Positions 15,855 to 22,898 of a stretch of DNA of 35,874 nt are shown in pieces. A program made the position numbers and the translations under genes. Numbering within the stretch: the first letter of the stretch is position 1; each line of letters opens with the position of its first letter. This DNA is from a virus (lineage: Duplodnaviria > Caudoviricetes). Location of the stretch: the IMG/VR virus record IMGVR_UViG_3300020043_001818, positions 1-35,874 of that record. One strand, 5' to 3'. The notes under the pieces are model-generated. The model ran no database searches. It saw only the letters and a list, made by a program, of their open reading frames with translations, and was not told the DNA's origin.

Positions 15855-16499
15855 ATGATAATCAGAGAAACCAGAACAGAATCTACCTTTAAACTGCCAC
15901 CAGCTGGCTCACATTTGGGTCGCTTATACAGAATCCTAGACCTTGGCACTCAAAAGGTTGAATGGCAAGGCGCTATCAAAATGCAACGCAAACTTATGTT
16001 TAGCTTTGAGCTACATGGTGAAGATAATGACGGCCAGCCACTAACAACTAATGACGGTAAGCCGTTAATGATTTCTAAACGCTACACAATGTCTTTGGGT
16101 GAGCAATCAACGCTTCGTAAAGACTTGGAATCATGGCGTGGCAAAAAGTTCACACCAGAAGAATTATTAGGTTTTGACCTTAACTTATTGTTAGGCAAAT
16201 TTGCTATGTGTAATGTTACTCACAATGACCGAGAAGGCAAAACATACGCAAACCTAACTGGATTGAGCCAAGTGCCAGCAGCTATCAAGAAGTTGCCAGA
16301 GCCAGTTGGCGTAAACGAACTGTTGATATTTAGCTTAGATGAGTTTAACCAAGCTAAGTTTGACGGTCTTTCAGACGGACTTAAGGACATCATCAAGAAG
16401 TCTGCTGAATGGCGTGGTACTAACGGTGACCAAACCGTGGATGATGTAAACGCTAAATTAGCGAGCATCAAAGATATTGATGATGATATGCCATTTTAA
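15855..16499 (+). CDS. Putative single-stranded DNA-binding protein
   Basis: PPAGSH...DLGTQ...STLRKDLESWRG pattern; acidic SSB-type tail DIDDDMPF; strong RBS. Confidence 0.65.
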   Translation: MIIRETRTESTFKLPPAGSHLGRLYRILDLGTQKVEWQGAIKMQRKLMFSFELHGEDNDGQPLTTNDGKPLMISKRYTMSLGEQSTLRKDLESWRGKKFTPEELLGFDLNLLLGKFAMCNVTHNDREGKTYANLTGLSQVPAAIKKLPEPVGVNELLIFSLDEFNQAKFDGLSDGLKDIIKKSAEWRGTNGDQTVDDVNAKLASIKDIDDDMPF

Positions 16500-16509
16500 G
16501 GAGTAAACC

Positions 16510-16638
16510 ATGAAAAAAGCACTAGCAGTTTTATTACTAACAATGTCAGCAACAGCGTTTGCTTCATGCCCACCGTATGCACCTTACGGTTGTCAAACAA
16601 CGCCAAGTGGCAAGATGTTGTGCGGTTGCGGTAGATAA
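16510..16638 (+). CDS. Small exported Cys-rich peptide or lipoprotein (42 aa)
   Basis: AAGGAG RBS; MKKALAVLLLTMSATAFA-SCPPYAPYGCQTTPSGKMLCGCGR. Confidence 0.75.
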   Translation: MKKALAVLLLTMSATAFASCPPYAPYGCQTTPSGKMLCGCGR

Positions 16639-16645
16639 TTATTAA

Positions 16646-16712
16646 GGGGCAAAAGCGGATGCTATGCGCTTAGACTACTAGGCGATGCAACATAGACGCA
16701 GCGAGTAGCCCC
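16646..16712 (+). ncRNA. Candidate structured RNA (long irregular hairpin)
   Basis: Nested stems GGGGC/GCCCC, CTATG/CATAG and CGCTTAG/CTAGGCG, with an AAA/AGTA internal loop; no U-tract. Confidence 0.5.
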
Positions 16713-16722
16713 ACCTTCAAAT

Positions 16723-17076
16723 ATGAACAGAAAAAAACAACTAATGGATACTCTTTTAGATGAGTTATCTAGAAGACCAATGAATCGTCAAGAAATGGCC
16801 GACTTTTTAGGCGTGACTGTTATTTTTATTTCTAGGTACATCACAGAATTAAGAACCAAGCGCTTAATTTATATTGACCATTACCAAAGAACGCCACAAG
16901 GTAAACCAAAGTCTTTTTATCGAAAAGGTTGTTTGCCTGATGCTGAAGAATTACCACCTATTCCTATGCGTATTTTGCAGAAAAAGTACAGGGAGAAAAC
17001 TAAAAGAGTTTTATCACCTAGAAAAATTACGCCACGCATGGATATAGCAGCCAGTTGGATGTGTAACCCATGCTAA
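16723..17076 (+). CDS. Winged-HTH DNA-binding protein (putative)
   Basis: MNRQEMADFLGVTVIFISRYITELR helix-turn-helix; basic protein. Confidence 0.7.
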   Translation: MNRKKQLMDTLLDELSRRPMNRQEMADFLGVTVIFISRYITELRTKRLIYIDHYQRTPQGKPKSFYRKGCLPDAEELPPIPMRILQKKYREKTKRVLSPRKITPRMDIAASWMCNPC

Positions 17077-17165
17077 CCGTATTAGTTACCGTATTGGCTG
17101 GCATAGGTCTGTTAGCTCTTGCCATTACATCAATTGTTATTGCGTTATGGTGGTCACAAAGATGA
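17070..17165 (+). CDS. Small membrane peptide (31 aa)
   Basis: MLTVLVTVLAGIGLLALAITSIVIALWWSQR; overlaps both neighbours. Confidence 0.55.
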   Translation: MLTVLVTVLAGIGLLALAITSIVIALWWSQR

Positions 17166-17326
17166 GTTCTACAGCTATTAAAACAGCTTTTGGGGCGTTA
17201 TTTATTGTTTTGGTGGTGTTGGCTTATGGTCATGGCTACAAACACGGTAAACACGCTCAATTAACGATGGATGCAGTTATGCAAATAGCTAAGTCCAATT
17301 TCAAATGCACGATGGAGATGAAATGA
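17162..17326 (+). CDS. Small single-TM protein (54 aa)
   Basis: MSSTAIKTAFGALFIVLVVLAYGHGYKHG...; ATGA overlaps at both ends. Confidence 0.6.
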   Translation: MSSTAIKTAFGALFIVLVVLAYGHGYKHGKHAQLTMDAVMQIAKSNFKCTMEMK

Positions 17327-17553
17327 AACCTGTTGCATGGATAACTAAATCCTGTAAATGCTATTCAACACCATTGAAATCCATGGAAGATAGTAATAAC
17401 GAAGAATTGATACCTGTTTACACCGCACCAAGAGAGTTAAGTGATGAACAAAAGGATGAAATTATTGTTGAATATATGGGCGAACAACACAAAGGTGATT
17501 ATGTGTTGCGTCACATGATTGGAGCAATACTAAAGAAAGCGAGTGAGAAATGA
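17323..17553 (+). CDS. Hypothetical protein
   Basis: MKPVAW...PVYTAPRELSDE; GGAG RBS and ATGA overlaps. Confidence 0.7.
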   Translation: MKPVAWITKSCKCYSTPLKSMEDSNNEELIPVYTAPRELSDEQKDEIIVEYMGEQHKGDYVLRHMIGAILKKASEK

Positions 17554-18299
17554 TAATTAAACAAAAAAATAGCGAATCCTCTCACTGGTATACCAAGAAA
17601 GGTCAATCAGCTTATCAAGTTGAAGCCAAAAATGGTGAGATGCGAGCTACTACGCTAAGAGATGCTCGTAAGCTAGACCTAGTGCCTAGCGTAACGACTA
17701 TCTTGGGTGTGGCAGCTAAACCAGCACTCAATACTTGGTTACAGACTCAGGTTTTGTTGTCAGCTTTGACATTGCCAAGAAACCCTAATGAACCAGAAAA
17801 AGATTGGTTAGAGCGAGTAATGGCTGATTCTAAGGTACAAGGCCGTCAAGCAGCAGAGCGTGGTACAGCTATTCATGGTGTGATTGAGTCGTACTTTGAG
17901 CAGACCTATCTTCCAGAGTGGCCAGCTTATGTAAAGAATGTAGACAAGGTGCTGACAGATACCTTTGGGCCACAGCTATGGAACTCAGAGAAGTCGTTTG
18001 CTCATGAGTTAGGCTACGGTGGCAAGATTGATTTGAGCGCCCCTAATATCGTGGTTGATTACAAGACCAAAGAAACAGACTTGGCCAAAGTTGAGCCATA
18101 TCACGAACATGAAATGCAATTAGCAGCTTATTGCGTAGGTCTTGGCTACAAGATTGAAGAATGTAGAGCAGCAATTGTATTTGTCAACGGCACTACTAAT
18201 GAAGTAAAGTTATGTGAAATACCCCCTGATTCCCTGAAATCGGCATGGGAGTGCTTTACTCATCTTTTAGCGTTCTACCGCCTAAAAAACAATATCTAA
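17550..18299 (+). CDS. PD-(D/E)XK family exonuclease
   Basis: PSVTTIL, RGTAIH, GKIDL...VDYKT and QLAAY motifs. Confidence 0.85.
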   Translation: MIIKQKNSESSHWYTKKGQSAYQVEAKNGEMRATTLRDARKLDLVPSVTTILGVAAKPALNTWLQTQVLLSALTLPRNPNEPEKDWLERVMADSKVQGRQAAERGTAIHGVIESYFEQTYLPEWPAYVKNVDKVLTDTFGPQLWNSEKSFAHELGYGGKIDLSAPNIVVDYKTKETDLAKVEPYHEHEMQLAAYCVGLGYKIEECRAAIVFVNGTTNEVKLCEIPPDSLKSAWECFTHLLAFYRLKNNI

Positions 18300-18305
18300 G
18301 GATAA

Positions 18306-18381
18306 TGCCTTGTAGCTCAGTTGGTAGAGCATCTGACTGTTAATCAGGTGGTCGCTGGTTCAAGCCCAGCCAAGGCAGCCA
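18306..18381 (+). tRNA. trnN: tRNA-Asn (GTT)
   Basis: Acceptor stem TGCCTTG/CAAGGCA, D-arm GCTCAGTTGGTAGAGC, anticodon loop CT-GTT-AA, T-loop TTCAAGC, encoded CCA; 76 nt. Confidence 0.95.
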
Positions 18382-18429
18382 AAACTGTTGTAAATACGCA
18401 ACATAGGGTTTGTCCCTACAAAATAATTC

Positions 18430-18492
18430 TTGCATTATTATTTAAGCTGGCTTAATATTTAGTTACTGCAACAACGCAGTGAGAAAAAGGAG
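18430..18492 (+). promoter_or_regulatory. Rightward promoter + leader hairpin + RBS (copy 2)
   Basis: TTGCAT-17 nt-TAATAT with a TTAAG-N4-CTTAA palindrome, ACTGC-N6-GCAGT hairpin and AGGAG. Confidence 0.75.
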
Positions 18493-18498
18493 AAACAG

Positions 18499-18687
18499 AT
18501 GATTGAAATTAAATACATGGATTGCACCCTTAAGTGCGAATTTGATTATGAAGAGCCAGACCACTCAGTTGGTTATAACGGTGGCGTAATGCTAGAAGCC
18601 GCTTGGATTGGCGATAACAACATCTACGAAATGCTTTCTGACAAAGCTATTGCTGGCATTGAGCAAGAAATTTACGAGAGGATGTAA
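18499..18687 (+). CDS. Small acidic early protein
   Basis: 62 aa with strong RBS; EEPDHSVG motif. Confidence 0.75.
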   Translation: MIEIKYMDCTLKCEFDYEEPDHSVGYNGGVMLEAAWIGDNNIYEMLSDKAIAGIEQEIYERM

Positions 18688-18689
18688 TC

Positions 18690-18770
18690 ATGGTTGATAT
18701 TTTAAAAGGTGTTTTTCTAGGTGTTTGTTTTATGTTGCCTGTAGTTCTTTGGGCTTTTCAAATTATTTAA
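18690..18770 (+). CDS. Small membrane peptide (26 aa)
   Basis: GAGG RBS; MVDILKGVFLGVCFMLPVVLWAFQII; fills the gap. Confidence 0.5.
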   Translation: MVDILKGVFLGVCFMLPVVLWAFQII

Positions 18771-18777
18771 GGGGTAA

Positions 18778-18978
18778 ATGATGATACAAAAAGAGATGGT
18801 GTTAGCTCACTTTAAAAAGCGCAAGTCAATCACTAGCTGGGAAGCTATCCAAAAGTACGGTATTACACGCCTAGCGGCTGTTATTTGTGACTTAAAAGAT
18901 ACGCACAACATTATAGCTACCATTGAAACAGCAGAAGGTAAGCGTTGGGCTAGATATACTTACATGGGGGAAAAATGA
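18778..18978 (+). CDS. Small winged-HTH protein
   Basis: SITSWEAIQKYGITRLAAVICDLK...ARY. Confidence 0.75.
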   Translation: MMIQKEMVLAHFKKRKSITSWEAIQKYGITRLAAVICDLKDTHNIIATIETAEGKRWARYTYMGEK

Positions 18979-19145
18979 AACGATTAGATAACATTGATTT
19001 TCATTACACGCCATCTGCTAAGACCAATATCTTAGAAACTCTACGCAAGATGGGTTTTGAGCCACCTAGCGAAGATAAGCGGTATCAAGAGAAATGGGCC
19101 AGATACCGCAATGCTTTATCAATTAACGAAACTAAGCAATCTTAG
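18975..19145 (+). CDS. Hypothetical protein (56 aa)
   Basis: MKRLDNIDFHYTPSAKTNI...; ATGA overlap; its 3' end overlaps the endolysin 3' end. Confidence 0.6.
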   Translation: MKRLDNIDFHYTPSAKTNILETLRKMGFEPPSEDKRYQEKWARYRNALSINETKQS

Positions 19146-19593
19146 CGTATTCTTCAGCAGTCAAGATTCCTGATACATATTTATTCTGCGGTTTAAATAT
19201 GGTCAGGAATTGTCCTCTTAGTTCTGGGGCAAACGATACATGAACCCAGCGGCCAAACTCATGAATAACTTGGTCTACCTGAATATCTGAATCTTTCAAC
19301 GCTTTAGCTACCGCATAAGGGTCACCAAAGCTAGGGCATACAAAGTCAATAGCCCAGCCATCCATGTGGCTTGATTTAGCAGCTCCACCAATCGCTTGAT
19401 TAACAGCTGGTAGGCGTAACCATGAGTTCACACGAATTGGCTTGCCTAAGAGCTTTCTGATGGCTTCCATGCCTTCTGCTGCCTTCTTCATGTTCTCCAG
19501 TTGTTCTGGGCTTGGTTCGTTAGGAATACCCAAGCGCACAGCAGTTTCGCTAAATGTGGCTTCTTCCAGAGTAAAGTTGGCAGATAAATTCAT
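19132..19593 (-). CDS. Endolysin, peptidase M15 family
   Basis: LSANFTLEE, R...N...GGA..SSHMDGWAID and WVHVS zinc-peptidase motifs. Confidence 0.9.
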   Translation of the reverse strand: MNLSANFTLEEATFSETAVRLGIPNEPSPEQLENMKKAAEGMEAIRKLLGKPIRVNSWLRLPAVNQAIGGAAKSSHMDGWAIDFVCPSFGDPYAVAKALKDSDIQVDQVIHEFGRWVHVSFAPELRGQFLTIFKPQNKYVSGILTAEEYAKIA

Positions 19594-20069
19594 TAGTTCA
19601 CCCCTACCTTGTCAGAATCGCCAAAATAATAGCCATAAATGTCTTTGATGTTGCCAATAACAGCGCCCAAGATAAGCAACGCTAGTTCTTTGCGTGTACC
19701 TTCTAAGCCGTCAGCGTTAAATATGGCATAAACAATGTAACCACCACCAAAAATACTGGCCAAAGCAATCACAGACTTAGTATTTTTAGCTAACCATGAT
19801 GCTGCTTCACTGATATTCATGGCAACTTCAGATTTACGAGCAGAATCACGACCTTGTTGCATCAATTCAAAGCGTTTAGTGTCGATTTCTTTTAATTTAG
19901 CAATCTCGCTAGGGGGTAAAGCTTGTAACGCAGTAGTGACGGCTTCAATGCTATCTTCTACGCCAAACTTTTCAGCGATGGCAGTAACAGCAGCACCAGC
20001 TAGTGGGCCACCAAGTGCAGTTGCTAGTGTTGGCGCTACGCCTTTAACGATGTCTAGTAGTTTGTCCAT
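19593..20069 (-). CDS. Putative holin (3TM-holin-like)
   Basis: APTLATALGGPLAGAA, DSAR, two C-terminal hydrophobic segments, YYFG; adjacent to the endolysin. Confidence 0.65.
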   Translation of the reverse strand: MDKLLDIVKGVAPTLATALGGPLAGAAVTAIAEKFGVEDSIEAVTTALQALPPSEIAKLKEIDTKRFELMQQGRDSARKSEVAMNISEAASWLAKNTKSVIALASIFGGGYIVYAIFNADGLEGTRKELALLILGAVIGNIKDIYGYYFGDSDKVGVN

Positions 20070-20509
20070 TAGTTCCCCAATCGGTTAGTTGAAGCTCGTC
20101 TTACAGCTTGGATTTCTGTTTTTAACGCCATTCCAAGAACTTCTAATTCTCTGGTCGTTGTGCGTTCTACTTGGTCAGCTTTAACTTTAGCTTCTTTAGC
20201 GTTAATGTAGGCATCAGACAAGCGCATCTGAGTGCTTGCAACTGATTCATTGGTCTGGTTTAAGCGCTCTTTTAGCGCAGCATTTTCACGCTCTAGGGTG
20301 GCTACTTTGCCCTTGTATTCGCCAAACTGTTCAACAATCTCAGTAAATTGAGATAAAGCGTCTTTAGCCTTGTTGAGTTCTGTGATGCCAGTATAAAAAG
20401 TGCCACCAATGACAGGCACAGCTGCTAGTACAAAACCAACAACTACGCTGTTTTCTTTAACAAATTTAATTGCGGACTCTAACTTATCAAGTTTATCTAA
20501 ATCACTCAT
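20069..20509 (-). CDS. Membrane-anchored coiled-coil protein
   Basis: One N-terminal TM segment (VVVGFVLAAVPVIGG) followed by about 100 aa of heptad repeats. Confidence 0.75.
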   Translation of the reverse strand: MSDLDKLDKLESAIKFVKENSVVVGFVLAAVPVIGGTFYTGITELNKAKDALSQFTEIVEQFGEYKGKVATLERENAALKERLNQTNESVASTQMRLSDAYINAKEAKVKADQVERTTTRELEVLGMALKTEIQAVRRASTNRLGN

Positions 20510-21477
20510 TGCTCTAACTCCACAGCATCACTAGCGATGCTTTTTAATTTTTCGGATTGGTCTGGGTTAAACAATGAACCGTTAGTGATTAAGTCCATGT
20601 ATATGTTCTGCATCATTTTAATATCATTTGGTAGTTCTTGACTAATATTTAAGTCAGGAAATACATTGGGTTGTGTCATTGGCTTAGAAAATAGCTCCAA
20701 CGACAACGCTAGGGGTATGTTCTTGATGCCGAACTTCGGTGTTTCTTTGGGGGTAGGGGTTTCCGATGCAGTTGATTTTGTCTGCAAGGTCGGAGATGTT
20801 GTCTGGGTCGCTACCGAGTTCTGAACATCTGGAGTGGTCGATACAGTCGCAGTTGATGTTACTGTTGGCGATACAGGGGTGGTTAAATTTGTGGGGTTCA
20901 CTGGGCTGACAGGCGATACAGGGCTTGTCATATTGGTTGGATTGGTTACTGATTTCACGCAAGTGTTGGCTGTTGTTATCCATGTTCCACTCCATACTGG
21001 TTGGCCATAAGGGTTAAGGCAAGTTGATGTTTGAGTTTGTGTAATGCCCCCAACATAACCTACTTGGCAACTGAGCGTTTGGCTTTGGGTGCTGACTTGG
21101 CAGCTTGGGGGGTTTGGCGTACAGGTGTTTTGCGTTGTTTGCCACTCTGTCCAGACTCCGCTGGGGCAGACTTTGGTTCTGCTTTGCGTGATGATGCCGC
21201 TTTGGTTGACAGGGCAGCTTTGGGTTTGGAACTGGGTTTCGCTGTTACAGACTTGGGGGGCTTGATAGATGCCGCCACAGAACGCTTGTTGCCAGTTTTG
21301 GTTATACGCACCTTGTTGACAGGCCCAACAGTCTGCGTTAGCGGTACAGGATTGTCCAAAGGTTGGGTTTGCTGTCCAAGGAGTCGTGCAATAACACGAT
21401 TGAGCCAAGACATTATTTGTCCCCAGTAGGAATAGTAACCAAATCAGGTGTTTGGTTATAGATTCTTTTAAAAACAT
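20506..21477 (-). CDS. Exported Cys-rich repeat protein with Pro/Thr linker
   Basis: Signal-like MFLKESITKHLIWLLFLLGTNNVLA, 14 Cys, two C-x10-C...W..W....C repeats, then a P/T/S-rich stalk. Confidence 0.7.
   Translation of the reverse strand: MFLKESITKHLIWLLFLLGTNNVLAQSCYCTTPWTANPTFGQSCTANADCWACQQGAYNQNWQQAFCGGIYQAPQVCNSETQFQTQSCPVNQSGIITQSRTKVCPSGVWTEWQTTQNTCTPNPPSCQVSTQSQTLSCQVGYVGGITQTQTSTCLNPYGQPVWSGTWITTANTCVKSVTNPTNMTSPVSPVSPVNPTNLTTPVSPTVTSTATVSTTPDVQNSVATQTTSPTLQTKSTASETPTPKETPKFGIKNIPLALSLELFSKPMTQPNVFPDLNISQELPNDIKMMQNIYMDLITNGSLFNPDQSEKLKSIASDAVELEQ
21060..21413 (-). CDS. Overprinted Lys/Ala/Pro/Ser-rich basic protein (117 aa)
   Basis: ATG in a TAATG overlap with the endonuclease stop, GGGGA upstream, amphipathic start MSWLNRVIARLLG. 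Confidence 0.55.
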   Translation of the reverse strand: MSWLNRVIARLLGQQTQPLDNPVPLTQTVGPVNKVRITKTGNKRSVAASIKPPKSVTAKPSSKPKAALSTKAASSRKAEPKSAPAESGQSGKQRKTPVRQTPQAAKSAPKAKRSVAK

Positions 21478-22075
21478 AGCCTTTGTGGGTTTTTCGTTTC
21501 CCATTTAAACAATCGTAAACTTTGCTATGAATAAATCCATATTGATTTAATTCCTTAGCCCCACAAAAAATCTTTTGCTCGCCAGTTTCTATGTTGGTTG
21601 CTAATATTTCGCTTACAAATGAAGGGTTTTTTGCTCCAAGCCCTCTACCTTTGCTTGTTTCGCTGATTCTTTTTAGCGTTTGCTCGTTATGTTTTCTGCC
21701 ATAAAAGCCATTACCTTCACCTGATTTCACAATTTTCATTTTTGCTATTGTTGCAGCGGTGTGCTTTTTCCCAAACATATGTGACTTTTCACCTGTTAGA
21801 CCTTTTTTGCTTGGTGGGTTATCACCACCATCGGTCATATTTACAAGTTTGTAGCCCATGTCTTTAAAACACGCTATAAGCAATACTTCGTGGTCTAAAG
21901 CTTCTTTTTCATCTTTCCACTCGGCTAAAACTTGAGCAGTAAAACCATGCTTATTAACAATTTTGTTCCAATAGTTGTTTCTACCAAACTTTGACCATGC
22001 TCGCTTACCATTTCCTTTACCAATGTAAAAGATTTTATTTGTATCTTTACGAATATGGGCGTAGGTATAAAACAT
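21413..22075 (-). CDS. Free-standing GIY-YIG homing endonuclease with NUMOD-type repeats
   Basis: FYTY...FYIGKG...R; GG(D) then HMFGKKH and GFYGRKH repeats; C-terminal CLNGKRKTHKGY. Confidence 0.85.
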   Translation of the reverse strand: MFYTYAHIRKDTNKIFYIGKGNGKRAWSKFGRNNYWNKIVNKHGFTAQVLAEWKDEKEALDHEVLLIACFKDMGYKLVNMTDGGDNPPSKKGLTGEKSHMFGKKHTAATIAKMKIVKSGEGNGFYGRKHNEQTLKRISETSKGRGLGAKNPSFVSEILATNIETGEQKIFCGAKELNQYGFIHSKVYDCLNGKRKTHKGYVFKRIYNQTPDLVTIPTGDK

Positions 22076-22539
22076 TATTCTTTTTTAACCTCAACTAGTG
22101 GCGGTACAAAACCATAGATTTTTTGAAATCTTTCAGGGTGCAATTTAAGCCATTGATTGTAAGCTGCATCTCCAATTAAACCTGACACAGGGCAAGGTGT
22201 TCCTGATTGTAGCATCCCTTCCCACACACGAATATCGTTACATAAAACTGCCACAGCAGCGACTTTTAGACCAAGGTCATTTAATGTTTTAGCAATCTTG
22301 ATGCGTTCACAGTTGACATCTGTATATACAGAGCCACCAGATACACCAATAACTGTAGAAGATATAGCCCCAGATACAGGAATACCGCACACATCTTGGC
22401 TAAAAGCTGACATAGATGGAGCAATAGCAGAAGGTACTGGCTGACCCTGATACTTCATTTCCATAACGGTGTTTTGGGCCATAGCGGAAGCTAAAGAGCC
22501 ACCAATAATTAACCCAATAACAAACCAAAATAATCTCAC
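22075..22539 (-). CDS. Exported four-Cys phage protein
   Basis: GTG start overlapping the upstream TGA; signal peptide ending ASAMA; SAIAP...DVC...NCERIK...VLC...GTPCP. Confidence 0.75.
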   Translation of the reverse strand: MRLFWFVIGLIIGGSLASAMAQNTVMEMKYQGQPVPSAIAPSMSAFSQDVCGIPVSGAISSTVIGVSGGSVYTDVNCERIKIAKTLNDLGLKVAAVAVLCNDIRVWEGMLQSGTPCPVSGLIGDAAYNQWLKLHPERFQKIYGFVPPLVEVKKE

Positions 22540-22739
22540 TTGGCCCACCAATGCGTTAAATAGCCCATAGCGCTACTCAAAGCGGATACGATAGCCATAC
22601 CCATGAACATACCGCCTTTTGAGCGTTCTGCCATAGCTATAAGGGTTTTCATATCCTTACGCAGTTCAGCGACTTCTTCTTCCATTTTTTCAACTTTGTG
22701 CCATAAAACACCATAGCGCACTGGGTCAATTTCGCTCAT
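22536..22739 (-). CDS. Small coiled-coil + C-terminal TM protein (XhlA/holin-like)
   Basis: 67 aa: IDPVRYG, coiled coil, KGG, TM segment; follows the fibre genes. Confidence 0.65.
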   Translation of the reverse strand: MSEIDPVRYGVLWHKVEKMEEEVAELRKDMKTLIAMAERSKGGMFMGMAIVSALSSAMGYLTHWWAK

Positions 22740-22897
22740 TACTCAGCAGCCTCTGGAATATTGCCTTCAGCTACCCACTTTAGGTACTCTTGGTAGTCTG
22801 TGTTGGCTGGGTCAAATGGGATGCAAGCTCCGTCAGATAGGCGAGTTACACTTGTTTGTTGTTGACTAATAGGATGTAATGGGTTTAGTTTATACAT
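22739..22897 (-). CDS. Small fibre-associated (chaperone-like) protein (52 aa)
   Basis: [21 protein letters not shown] motif; ATG 1 nt after the upstream stop, GGAG RBS. Confidence 0.7.
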   Translation of the reverse strand: MYKLNPLHPISQQQTSVTRLSDGACIPFDPANTDYQEYLKWVAEGNIPEAAE

Positions 22898-22898
22898 T

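Noticed and set aside
17550-18299. Cas4 / CRISPR association of the PD-(D/E)XK nuclease
   Set aside because: It lacks the four-Cys Fe-S arrangement of Cas4, and no array or other cas genes are present
18306-18381. tRNA as an attP integration site
   Set aside because: No integrase is recognisable, and the tRNA is full-length within an operon
20684-20995. Third-frame 103-aa ORF inside the Cys-rich gene
   Set aside because: No coupling or clear RBS; it overlaps a low-complexity P/T/S region where open alternative frames arise easily
21031-21429. 132-aa antisense ORF over the dual-coding region
   Set aside because: Probably a by-product of constraint and higher GC in two sense frames; no expression signals seen
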